Below are positions 1 through 8,872 of a stretch of 40,176 bases of DNA, in pieces (position 1 is the first letter of the stretch; the number at the start of each line of letters is the position of its first letter). Location: positions 1-40,176 of the forward strand of contig CAZPJU010000001.1 of the NCBI GenBank assembly GCA_964586965.1, written 5' to 3'. The stretch comes from an uncultured Lachnospiraceae bacterium. Its GTDB lineage: Bacteria > Bacillota > Clostridia > Oscillospirales > CAG-272. The notes below the pieces were generated by a model. It saw only the letters and a list, made by a program, of their open reading frames with translations, had not been told where the DNA came from and ran no database searches. The position numbers were made by a program, and so were the translations under genes.

Positions 1-242
1 AGCTGAAGCGCAAGGTACATCACGTTACGAACACGATGCTTGCCAATTCGCTTCGTGAGCTTGAGGAGGACGGACTTGTACTGCGCCATCAGTATGCGGA
101 AATGCCCGTGCGAGTTGAATATTCGTTAACGGAAACGGGAAGAAGTCTCTTGCCGATACTCACTCAGCTTCAAACCTGGGGACTTACATATTTGCCGTCT
201 GCGTCATCCGTTGATGCGGAAAAGTGCGAGGAGACGAAATGA
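1..242 (+). CDS. HxlR-family winged-helix transcriptional regulator, C-terminal part (5' end outside the window)
   Basis: The frame is open from the window edge to TGA at 240-242. The translation ...NSLRELEEDGLVLRHQYAEMPVRVEYSLTETGRSLLPILTQLQTWG matches the HxlR helix-wing signature (LxxLExDGlvxR...P.rVEYsLTexG). Confidence 0.8.
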   Translation, partial: LKRKVHHVTNTMLANSLRELEEDGLVLRHQYAEMPVRVEYSLTETGRSLLPILTQLQTWGLTYLPSASSVDAEKCEETK

Positions 243-1210
243 AAGCTCGAATAGGCGTTGATCTCGGCGGAACGAACATCGCTGCGGGGCTTGTGGATGA
301 GAGCTATAATATAATAAGAAGAATATCGCTTCCGACGCCGAAGGATTCGGCTGACCGGATCGCTGAAACAATTGCGGAAGCGATTAAAAAACTTCTCTTT
401 TCGGGCGGAATGACTCTTGCGGATATTGACGGTATAGGTATCGGCGCTCCCGGTATCGTTGATATCGAACGCGGCGTTATAGATTATGTGTGTAATCTGC
501 CGATGAGGTACTATCCTCTTGCCGCCGCCGTTGAAAAAAGCCTTGAAAATATTAACTTAGGCGCTTTCGGTTCGATCAAACTTGAAAATGACGCTTCCGC
601 AGCGGCGCTCGGAGAAATGCTTGCCGGAGCGGGCAAAGGTACGCGCGATTTCATGCTTGTTACACTCGGTACCGGAGTCGGGGGCGGCATAATTACCGGC
701 GGAAGGTTGCTTCCGTCATTCAATCATGCCGGCGGCGAAATAGGACATACCGTTATAGTTGCTGACGGAGAGCCGTGCGCGTGCGGACGTAAGGGATGCG
801 CGGAAGCGTACTGCTCCGCATCTGCGCTTGCACGTATGGGACGCGAAGCGGCGGTCACCAACGGTGAAAAGACATTATTGACCGCTTCTGTTACGGAGGC
901 TAAGGCTGTATTTGACGCTGCCGATGCCGGAGACAGTGTTGCCGAAGCGGTGCTTGAAACTTACTTCAAATACGTTGCCGTTATGCTTGCCAATTTTATT
1001 AACATATTTCAGCCGGAAGCGATTGCAATCGGTGGCGGCGTATCCGGCGCCGGAGGAAGACTGCTCACTCCGCTTAACAAGCTTATATTCCCGGATATGA
1101 TATATAATCGTAATCAGCCGAAGTCGATGTACACCAAGCTTTTGACTGCGACACTCGGCGGAGAAGCCGGTATCATCGGCGCCGCTTTTCTCGGCAGAAA
1201 GGAAAATTGA
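239..1210 (+). CDS. ROK-family sugar kinase (glucokinase-like)
   Basis: N-terminal MKARIGVDLGGTNIAAGLVD is an ATP-binding motif, and CACGRKGCAEAY is the ROK zinc motif. ATG at 239 overlaps the upstream stop (ATGA). The tracked GTG at 224 is less likely. Confidence 0.85.
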   Translation: MKARIGVDLGGTNIAAGLVDESYNIIRRISLPTPKDSADRIAETIAEAIKKLLFSGGMTLADIDGIGIGAPGIVDIERGVIDYVCNLPMRYYPLAAAVEKSLENINLGAFGSIKLENDASAAALGEMLAGAGKGTRDFMLVTLGTGVGGGIITGGRLLPSFNHAGGEIGHTVIVADGEPCACGRKGCAEAYCSASALARMGREAAVTNGEKTLLTASVTEAKAVFDAADAGDSVAEAVLETYFKYVAVMLANFINIFQPEAIAIGGGVSGAGGRLLTPLNKLIFPDMIYNRNQPKSMYTKLLTATLGGEAGIIGAAFLGRKEN

Positions 1211-1211
1211 A

Positions 1212-1793
1212 GTGAAACTGTCGTATACCGATTTACCGAGCGGATATCGCGAATTACTCGCTGTTGATCTGCAAAAAAACAAAAAGCTTGCGATACTGAT
1301 AAACGTTTCCGCTTTTGCTGTTGCGCTTGCGATGTTTGTTGTTGCGGCGTTTTTTGTCCCGATTGGGACGTTTTTCGATATGTCGGAGGGATTCGGTGCG
1401 TACCTTGCTCGTGTCGGAGCTCTCGCGGTGGGGCTTATCGTATATATCGTGCTTCATGAACTTGTCCACGGAGTAACGATGCGTATTTGCGGAACGAAAA
1501 AGATAAAGTACGGATTTACCGGTCTTTATGCTTTTGCCGGAAGCAATGATTATTACTCGAAGAAAGCGTATATTCTGATAGCACTTGCGCCGGTTGTGCT
1601 TTGGGGTGCCGTACTCGGAGCGCTGACTTTGATTTTGCCGCAAAGTTGGTTTTGGGTTGCGTATATTATTCAGATTTCAAACGTTTCGGGCGCGGCGGGG
1701 GACTTTTATGTGACATTTCGTTTTATGTCGCTGCCAAACGATATTCTCGTTAAGGATTACGGCGTGGGAATGACGGTTTATTCCGCTGAATAA
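1212..1793 (+). CDS. DUF3267-like putative zincin membrane metallopeptidase
   Basis: The protein is multi-TM with an HELVHG (HExxH) motif just after TM2, as in DUF3267 proteins. It uses a GTG start 8 nt downstream of AAAGGA. Confidence 0.65.
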   Translation: MKLSYTDLPSGYRELLAVDLQKNKKLAILINVSAFAVALAMFVVAAFFVPIGTFFDMSEGFGAYLARVGALAVGLIVYIVLHELVHGVTMRICGTKKIKYGFTGLYAFAGSNDYYSKKAYILIALAPVVLWGAVLGALTLILPQSWFWVAYIIQISNVSGAAGDFYVTFRFMSLPNDILVKDYGVGMTVYSAE

Positions 1794-1800
1794 AGAAAAA

Positions 1801-1833
1801 GAGCTGTAAAAAACATTGCGTTTTTTACAGCTC
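1801..1833. terminator. Bidirectional intrinsic terminator between convergent genes
   Basis: There is a perfect 14-bp stem: GAGCTGTAAAAAAC, loop ATTGC, GTTTTTTACAGCTC. An A-run lies upstream and a T-rich run downstream. Confidence 0.8.
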
Positions 1834-1842
1834 TTTGTTGTT

Positions 1843-3330
1843 TCAGATTACGATGACACGTCGCGGCGAACCGTTTTCACTTGTGTTTTTAGGGGATGCA
1901 ACTTTCGCGACGGGGACGCGGAATCGCTTTGCGATGTCCCACACGCGCTCGCCCGACGCAGGGTAACAGACGCGGATACAGTGCTGAGATGGTTCAACGC
2001 TGTCGTCGGTGCTTAATGCTTCAAGTATAGGCAAACGTTTGGGCGCTGTTGCGGATACAGAAATGAACAGTTCCGCGGAGACGGACAGCTCGCCGTCTGC
2101 TCTGCCTGAAACGGACAAAACCGATACGTCTGCAATGTAGTCCGGTGTCTCGCAGTCCGTGCCTTTTACGGAAACGGGGAAATCGCAGGTCCAAGGAACG
2201 CTGTACGGCACATTTTCTCGTTCTCCGTCCGCGTTTATGAGGGCGGTGCCTGTTAGTGAACCTGCCAGACGAAGTTTTTCTCCGTCTGCTTCGATGCGTG
2301 CGCTTTCGACGACGGCGGAACCTGTCAAAAGCTCGGCTCGACCTGTGCGCGAAACGGCAGTTCGTTCGTTTACCGATATCGGAGTGGATGCCGCCGTTAT
2401 TACGGTTGAATAGCAAAGCTCTCCGTATTCTGCATTTGACGGCGCCGCCGTGCTGAATGCGTCGAGCACGACTTTGCCGGAAGATGAGAAAAGCACCTCG
2501 GCAAAGAGTTCGTAGGTCACGTCTGCGGTGTCGGCTCCGTCTCCGTTTCGGATTGTGACGGAAGAAACGCTTCCGAAACCTCGGCAACAGGCGGCAAGGT
2601 CGAAACTTAAATCATCGGGGAGATCCAGCGAGACTGTCTCGTCGAACGGAATAGAGATCGCTTCGGTTCGAATGGCATCGTTTTCGACGAAAAAGCAGGT
2701 CAAAAGAATTTCTCCCGTTAATCTGCATTCGGACGGAGAGGACGGGGCGCAGGTGTCAACGCGAACTCCTCCGCGACAATAAAGCGGCGTTTCGATACCA
2801 CGTAGTTCGGTGCTTGCGTAGAGATCGCGCGAAGCTCCCGAAACGGAGACGGCGGAGTTGATTTCTTCAGTCAGCGTTTCGACTTTGTCTGAGTCGCATC
2901 CCGACGGTACTGCTGCCGTGGTGACGGAGGCGGCTTCAATACGGCTCGAAAGACGAGCACGAAGCGAAAGCTTTCTCGGCGCCGTAACACGACAAAATAC
3001 GCTTTCTACCGTTGTGACGGCACGGCAATGCGGAGTGACTCCGGGAGAAAACGCTCCGAGAACTGCGGTGTTTTCGTAATCGCAACGAAATACGGCGCCG
3101 GTTGGTGAAGAGCTCTCTCCTCCTTGCCATACTACCTCAAAAGCGACTTCTCCACTTTGTTCCGCTGTTATTCCCGATGATCCCGATGGCTTGAGGTATA
3201 AGCCGTCTGAGGTTACGGAACATTCTGCGGACAGCAATTTTTCAACTTCGGGAAGATAGTCCGGGACGGTGAATTCCCCGACGCAATCGTGTGTGAGCCT
3301 TATGTCGCGTTCGATTTTTCTTGTTTTCAT
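1843..3330 (-). CDS. DUF3794 (SPOCS)-repeat protein with C-terminal LysM-like domain; SipL/SpoVID-like spore morphogenetic protein candidate
   Basis: The start MKTRKIERD at 3330 is preceded by AAGAGG. The N-terminus has the DUF3794-type motif (EFTVPDYLPEVEKLL). The C-terminus GERVWDIAKRFRVPVAKV resembles LysM. Size and architecture resemble C. difficile SipL. Confidence 0.55.
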   Translation of the reverse strand: MKTRKIERDIRLTHDCVGEFTVPDYLPEVEKLLSAECSVTSDGLYLKPSGSSGITAEQSGEVAFEVVWQGGESSSPTGAVFRCDYENTAVLGAFSPGVTPHCRAVTTVESVFCRVTAPRKLSLRARLSSRIEAASVTTAAVPSGCDSDKVETLTEEINSAVSVSGASRDLYASTELRGIETPLYCRGGVRVDTCAPSSPSECRLTGEILLTCFFVENDAIRTEAISIPFDETVSLDLPDDLSFDLAACCRGFGSVSSVTIRNGDGADTADVTYELFAEVLFSSSGKVVLDAFSTAAPSNAEYGELCYSTVITAASTPISVNERTAVSRTGRAELLTGSAVVESARIEADGEKLRLAGSLTGTALINADGERENVPYSVPWTCDFPVSVKGTDCETPDYIADVSVLSVSGRADGELSVSAELFISVSATAPKRLPILEALSTDDSVEPSQHCIRVCYPASGERVWDIAKRFRVPVAKVASPKNTSENGSPRRVIVI

Positions 3331-3498
3331 TTTTTGAACCTCTTTTCGGTCAAGGTGTTTTTGCTTTATGTTTACGCTTTTGAACTGATAAATATGACAA
3401 ACGAACATTTTTTCGCGAAATTTGCGAAAAACGCTTTCAATTTACGACGGATGTGATACAATAATGTTGCAGAAATGAAAATTTGAACGGAGAACGTT

Positions 3499-3834
3499 AT
3501 GAAAGTTGCCGTTGTCGGATCGAGAACTATAATGAGAATAAAGCTTGAGGACTATCTTCCGGCGGAAACAGAGGAGATCGTCTCCGGCGGCGCGAGGGGT
3601 GTTGATACCTGTGCCGCAATTTATGCGCGCGCCAATGGTATCCCGCTCAAGGAGTTTTTGCCGGAGTATGATCTTTACGGGAAGGCAGCGCCGCTTGTCA
3701 GAAACGACCTTATTGTAGAATATGCGGATATGGTGCTTGCATTTTGGGACGGTAGCTCGACGGGAACTCGGTATGTGGTTCGCAGGTGCCGTCAGCTTGA
3801 AAAGCCTGTAAAAGTGTTTAAGATCATCGAGTGA
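3499..3834 (+). CDS. Stand-alone SLOG-fold protein (DUF2493-like)
   Basis: MKVAVVGSR...VSGGARGVDTCAAIYARANGIPLKEF...YGKAAPLVRNDLIVEYADMVLAFWDGSSTGTRYVV follows the DUF2493/SLOG pattern (GGAxGxD ... RN ... WDGxSxGT). An RBS (GGAG) lies upstream. Confidence 0.7.
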   Translation: MKVAVVGSRTIMRIKLEDYLPAETEEIVSGGARGVDTCAAIYARANGIPLKEFLPEYDLYGKAAPLVRNDLIVEYADMVLAFWDGSSTGTRYVVRRCRQLEKPVKVFKIIE

Positions 3835-4316
3835 TCGCTTGAATCGGAGATGTGAACAAAAACACAAAATCATACATAAAATTACATAAAAGTCTGCGAA
3901 GATACAAATTTATATAACCTCTGTAAGCAATTTTGAAAAATTTGTGCAAAACGCGCAGACGTAAAAAAATTCAGTTCGATTTTGTGCACGACGACGGAAA
4001 TGTGAATTTTTTTTGAATTTTGCAAAACGAAAATAATGATAGATGCTGTTTTAATCGTTGGTAATTTTTATTTACCCTGCTTGTGGATTCGTACTTCAAA
4101 TACTACAAAATGTGTTGAAAATGAGTGCTTGGGCACTATATTGTGGGCAACGTACCGAGCAGAGGTAACTTAAATTTACCAAGCTGACACAAAAAACGCA
4201 TCGATGAAAAACGCTTCTCAAACGTTTGTTTATTTATAATATAGTTGAAGCAAAACGAACCGTTTTTGCGCCCGTCACGCTTCGTTCATTTGGATATCAC
4301 ATCGTTTTATGAATGC

Positions 4317-4345
4317 TTGACAGATTTTTTTGCGTATGATAATAT
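4317..4345 (+). promoter_or_regulatory. Near-consensus sigmaA promoter for the transporter operon
   Basis: TTGACA (4317-4322), a 17-nt spacer, and TAATAT (4340-4345) with an extended -10 TG at 4337-4338. It lies about 200 nt upstream of the first CDS. Confidence 0.55.
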
Positions 4346-4550
4346 ATTGTTATGAAAATTTGACGTAGTTTGCCGTGGTGTCGGAAGCGGCGGCGAGGTC
4401 AACGATTAAACGGTGTTTCGCCCACCGATAAATAAGGCGCTTTTTTAGACGCCGAAAGGCGAAAACAGCGATTGTCCCCCATGGCTTACGGCTTTCGTGA
4501 GCTGAAGCCGCAAGTCGGGATGACGCCAAACCAAGGTAGGAGGAAGTTCT

Positions 4551-7500
4551 ATGAACAGAACAAAGCTTCAAAAGCTCATGGCTCTTTTTCTTGCTGTTCT
4601 GACCATTGCGGGTACATTTGCCGTGCCTGTTATGGCTGCGGATGCGGGAACTGAGACAGACAAAAACGAAGGCACGTCCTCTCGTAAGGATCTTGCGGAG
4701 ATCAGTGCGGCGCTCAATGCGATTTCGTATCTCGAATACTGCAACGAGCATAAAGACGCAGTGCGTGCTAACAAAGAAGTCACCATTGACGCTTCGGTTT
4801 ATAATAAGGAAATGACCGATGCGGCAGTTGAGGTGTACAAGGATTATGAAGGAATGGAAGGCGATTCGCTCTTTATTCCCGACTCCGGTAAAGTTACATG
4901 GGATGTTAAAGTCCCCGAAACCGGAAAATATGCGATCGAGGTCGTTTATTATCCTATCAGTAATAAAGCGAACTCTATCGAGCGTATGTTCTACATCAAC
5001 GACGAAGTTCCCTTCGCTGAAGCAAGATATCTTGCTATGACGAAGATCTGGAGAAACGACTACAAGAAGGACGAAAACGGCAATGACGTTTTCCTCAGCG
5101 ATATCAACGGTAACGATATCCGTCCCGAAACGTACGAAGATCCCGATTGGGTAACGACAACCTTTATCGACAGTAACGGATATTATTCCGATCCTTTCGA
5201 GTTCTTCTTTGAAGAAGGCGAAAACACTATCGCACTCGAAGCTGTAAGAGAACCCGTTGTGATTAAGTCTATCAGACTTTATCCTTACGAAGATCTTCCC
5301 ACCTATGAAGAAGTAAAGGCACAGTATGCCGCAAACGGCTACAAGGAAGCAACGGCGGATCCCATAAAGGTCAATGCCGAATTCACAAGCGCTACTTCTC
5401 ATCAGACGATCTACCCTATTTACGACAGAACCTCATCTATCACTGATCCTCAGGACCCGGTGCTCGTTAAGTTGAACACGATCGGTTCCGATAAGTGGCA
5501 GCAGGTCGGTCAGTGGATCGAATACGATATCGAAGTCCCAGCGGACGGTCTTTATACGATCGCGGCAAGATTCAAACAGTCTGAGCTTTCCGGTCTGTAT
5601 GTTTCGAGACGTCTCTATATCGACGGAGAAATTCCGTTTGAAGAATGTAACTATTTGCAGTTTGCATATTCGAACTCTTGGCAGTCCAAGAGATTCGGTG
5701 AAAACGAAGAAGGCGACGAGCCTTATCAGTTCTACCTTACAAAGGGTAAGCACACAATCCGACTTGAAGTAACTCTCGGTGAACTCGGAACGATCGTTCG
5801 CGACGTAAGCGATACACTTGAGGTTATCAACGATGCTTATCTTTCTATATTAAAGCTCACAGGAACAAACCCCGACTCTTACCGTGACTACGGTTTCTCG
5901 CGTGTAATCCCCGGCACGATCAAGAATCTTGTTCTTGAGTCCAGAAATCTTGAAACCATCATCAATCAGCTCGAATCAATGAACGGCGTTGCCGGCGAAA
6001 ACACCGCGACACTTTCCGAAGTTCAGAGACTTGTCGAAAAGATGGCTTCCGATGAGGACGAAATCGCTCCGAACCTTACAACGCTTAAATCTAACGTCGG
6101 TACTCTCGGTACTTGGGTAAATACAGTTACCAAGCAGCCGCTTGAGATCGACTACCTCTCCGTACAGCCCATTTCCGCAGAACTTCCTAAGGCTGAGGCT
6201 AATTTCTTCCAGGCAATCTGGTTTGAAATTCGTTCCTTCATCGGAAGCTTCTACACGGACTATAACTCGCTCGGCTCCACTGTTGAAGTTGACGAAACAA
6301 ACTCCGTTGACGTTTGGGTCGTAACCGGACGTGACCAGGCGCAGATCATCCGTAACCTTATAGATAATAACTTCACTCCTCAGAGCGGCGTAGCTGTTAA
6401 CCTCAAGCTCGTTGCCGGCGGAACACTTCTTCCTTCCGTCCTCGCAGGTGTTGGTCCCGACGTTTCGCTCTTTACCGGCGACGGTGACGTTATTAACTAC
6501 GCGATCCGCGGTGCGCTTCAGGGACTTAATGATAAACTCTGCAAGAACTGCAAGTCTAAGGGTAAGGAAACACTTAAATATGTTGACGGCGGCGATTATC
6601 ACTGCGACGAATGCGGCGCAGACGGCGCTGACAACTGGGAAATCTTCTTCGATACCTTCGAGGAGGTAACTTCGAGATTCTCCGCAGCGGCTACTATCCC
6701 GCTTACGCTTTACGGCGAAACATTCGCGATCCCCGAAACTCAGACATTCCCGATGCTCTTCTACCGCAAGGACATCCTCGCTGACCTCGGACTCGAAGTT
6801 CCCAAGACATGGGACGACGTACTTGCGATGATTCCCGTGCTTCAGTACAATAACATGGAAATCGGTCTCACCGCCGACTACCTCACATACCTCTACCAGA
6901 TGGGCGGCGATCTTTACGCCGACAACGGTATGAGAGTTAACCTCGATAATAACCTCTCCCTTGAGGCTTTCGAGATGATGTGTAATATGTTCACGATGTA
7001 TTCGCTGCCGTACTCATACGACTTCGCGAACCGCTTCAGAACAGGTGAAATTCCGATAGCTATTTCAAACTATACGTCTTATAACCAGCTCGTTGTATTC
7101 GCAACTGAAATCGCAGGTCTCTGGGAATTCACAACAATCCCCGGTATGCTCCAGGAAGACGGTTCGATCAATAATACGGCAGTTTCCGGCGTTGCCGGCG
7201 TCGTTATCATGGAAGGCAGTAAGCATAAGGAAAATGCTTGGGACTTCATTGATTGGTATACCGACTCCGAATTCCAGGCTGCGTACAGTAACGAACTCGT
7301 TGCAGTCCTCGGTGAAGCAGGTATGAACCCGACGGCTAACATCGAAGCCCTTGAAGAACTTTCATGGACATCCGACGAATATAAAGAACTCCGTGCACAG
7401 TTCGATGCTCTTACAGCAGTGCCGAACTACCCCGGTTCTTATATTATCAGCCGTTACACAGACTTCGCATTCAAGGATGCGTACAACAATAAAGCTAACC

Positions 7501-7856
7501 CGACAGAATCACTTCTCGGTTACATTAATATAATAAACAAGGAATTCTCCCGTAAGCGCGAAGAATTTAACCTCGAAACGCTTAACCTCGGTGAAAACCT
7601 TGCCGAAAAGAGAATCCGTCAGGCAAGAGAACTTATCGACGACTTCAAGGACGCCGATAAGGAAAAATATGCAAAGCAGATACTTGAGCTTAATTCCGCG
7701 ATAGATACCGCGCTCGTCGGTACTTCCGGTGTTGCCGAGTTTGATGCTCTCGCAGCAGTAGCAACCTCACTCAGAAATACGGATGCGGCGCTCTTCGGAG
7801 ACGTTGCAGACTTCATTGATGACGCTGTTGCCGCTCTCAACTCTTACCTCTATTGA
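4551..7856 (+). CDS. Giant secreted ABC solute-binding protein (CUT1-type SBP domain) fused to two N-terminal CBM-like beta-sandwich repeats
   Basis: A strong RBS (GGTAGGAGGAAG) precedes the start. The signal peptide has an AxA site (VMA/AD) and no lipobox Cys. There are two paralogous repeats (GKYAIEVVYYP...YINDEVPF and GLYTIAARFK...YIDGEIPF). The C-terminal half has SBP family-1-like sequence (FAIPETQTFPMLFYRKDILADLGLEVPKTWDD). Confidence 0.8.
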   Translation: MNRTKLQKLMALFLAVLTIAGTFAVPVMAADAGTETDKNEGTSSRKDLAEISAALNAISYLEYCNEHKDAVRANKEVTIDASVYNKEMTDAAVEVYKDYEGMEGDSLFIPDSGKVTWDVKVPETGKYAIEVVYYPISNKANSIERMFYINDEVPFAEARYLAMTKIWRNDYKKDENGNDVFLSDINGNDIRPETYEDPDWVTTTFIDSNGYYSDPFEFFFEEGENTIALEAVREPVVIKSIRLYPYEDLPTYEEVKAQYAANGYKEATADPIKVNAEFTSATSHQTIYPIYDRTSSITDPQDPVLVKLNTIGSDKWQQVGQWIEYDIEVPADGLYTIAARFKQSELSGLYVSRRLYIDGEIPFEECNYLQFAYSNSWQSKRFGENEEGDEPYQFYLTKGKHTIRLEVTLGELGTIVRDVSDTLEVINDAYLSILKLTGTNPDSYRDYGFSRVIPGTIKNLVLESRNLETIINQLESMNGVAGENTATLSEVQRLVEKMASDEDEIAPNLTTLKSNVGTLGTWVNTVTKQPLEIDYLSVQPISAELPKAEANFFQAIWFEIRSFIGSFYTDYNSLGSTVEVDETNSVDVWVVTGRDQAQIIRNLIDNNFTPQSGVAVNLKLVAGGTLLPSVLAGVGPDVSLFTGDGDVINYAIRGALQGLNDKLCKNCKSKGKETLKYVDGGDYHCDECGADGADNWEIFFDTFEEVTSRFSAAATIPLTLYGETFAIPETQTFPMLFYRKDILADLGLEVPKTWDDVLAMIPVLQYNNMEIGLTADYLTYLYQMGGDLYADNGMRVNLDNNLSLEAFEMMCNMFTMYSLPYSYDFANRFRTGEIPIAISNYTSYNQLVVFATEIAGLWEFTTIPGMLQEDGSINNTAVSGVAGVVIMEGSKHKENAWDFIDWYTDSEFQAAYSNELVAVLGEAGMNPTANIEALEELSWTSDEYKELRAQFDALTAVPNYPGSYIISRYTDFAFKDAYNNKANPTESLLGYINIINKEFSRKREEFNLETLNLGENLAEKRIRQARELIDDFKDADKEKYAKQILELNSAIDTALVGTSGVAEFDALAAVATSLRNTDAALFGDVADFIDDAVAALNSYLY

Positions 7857-7908
7857 TAAGAGCCGAATTTCTGTTAAAGTTAAGAAATCTATATAAGGAG
7901 AAACGCTC

Positions 7909-8871
7909 ATGTCAAATAAAAATGAAGCTGCTGCCGTTCAGGAACAGCGCGCGGTATCGCGTAAGGATATGACAAGAGCTCAGTGGACATGGCACGAGAT
8001 GAAGAATAACAAAACGGCGTACCTCATGGTTGCTCCGTTTATGATATTGTTCTTCGTGTTCACGGTTATTCCGGTTGTGCTCTCCATCTTCCTGAGCTTG
8101 ACATCGTTTAATATGCTTCAGATGCCGAAGTTCATTTTCCTTGATAACTATATCCGACTTTTCCTTGACGACGATATTTTTATCACGGCTATAAAGAACA
8201 CTCTCATCTTTGCAGTGGTAACAGGACCTACGTCCTACTTCCTCTCTCTGTTCATCGCGTGGTTCATTAACGAGCTTCCGCCTAAGATCAGAGCTCTCGT
8301 AACCCTCGTATTCTACGCTCCCTCCATCGGTGGTAACGTATATCTTATTTGGGGTACGCTTTTCTCAAGCGACGCATACGGTTGGGTAAACGGTTGGCTC
8401 CTCAACTGGGGTATAATCGACCAGCCCGTGCTTTGGTTCTACGATGCGACATACTGTATGCCTCTGTGTATAGTCGTCGCACTGTGGACTTCACTCGGTA
8501 CATCTTTCCTTTCGTTCATTGCAGGTCTTCAGGGCGTCGATAAGTCTCTTTACGAGGCGGGCGCTGTTGACGGTATCAAAAACCGTTGGCAGGAACTTTG
8601 GTATGTAACCCTTCCTTCAATGAAACCGCAGCTTATGTTCGGTGCGGTCATGGCTATTACAGGTTCGTTCGGCTTCGGCGGTATCGTTACCGCCCTCGCC
8701 GGCTTCCCTTCGGTAGATTACTGCTGCTGGACAATCACTCATCACCTCGATGACTACGGCGGAACACGTTGGGAAACAGGTTATGCTTCCGCAATCGCTG
8801 TTTTGCTTTTCGCAATGATGGTCGGAGCTAATATGCTCGTCCAGAAACTTCTCTCAAAGGTAGGACAATAA
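7909..8871 (+). CDS. Carbohydrate ABC transporter permease (MalF/LplB-like), pair 1
   Basis: It has six predicted TM segments and an EAA loop (LYEAGAVDGIKNRWQELWYVTLPSMKP). An AAGGAG RBS precedes the start. Confidence 0.9.
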   Translation: MSNKNEAAAVQEQRAVSRKDMTRAQWTWHEMKNNKTAYLMVAPFMILFFVFTVIPVVLSIFLSLTSFNMLQMPKFIFLDNYIRLFLDDDIFITAIKNTLIFAVVTGPTSYFLSLFIAWFINELPPKIRALVTLVFYAPSIGGNVYLIWGTLFSSDAYGWVNGWLLNWGIIDQPVLWFYDATYCMPLCIVVALWTSLGTSFLSFIAGLQGVDKSLYEAGAVDGIKNRWQELWYVTLPSMKPQLMFGAVMAITGSFGFGGIVTALAGFPSVDYCCWTITHHLDDYGGTRWETGYASAIAVLLFAMMVGANMLVQKLLSKVGQ

Positions 8872-8872
8872 A

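Noticed and set aside
4205-4230. A CcpA cre site or defined LacI-family operator around TGAAAAACGCTTCTCAAACGTTTG.
   Set aside because: Neither register fits the cre consensus TGWNANCGNTNWCA at the outer TG/CA positions. Only the central AAACGTTT core matches. I kept it as a generic palindrome in the spacer finding, not as a called cre site.
4449-4467. A shared 16-17-nt motif ACGCCGAAAGGCGAAAA in the SBP-operon leader and ACGCCGAAAGCGAAAA at 19771-19786 near the GH3 start, as a possible common regulatory element.
   Set aside because: The two copies lie in opposite orientation relative to their genes. One copy has an indel. A single match of this length is roughly what chance would give among all pairwise comparisons in a 40-kb window on both strands.
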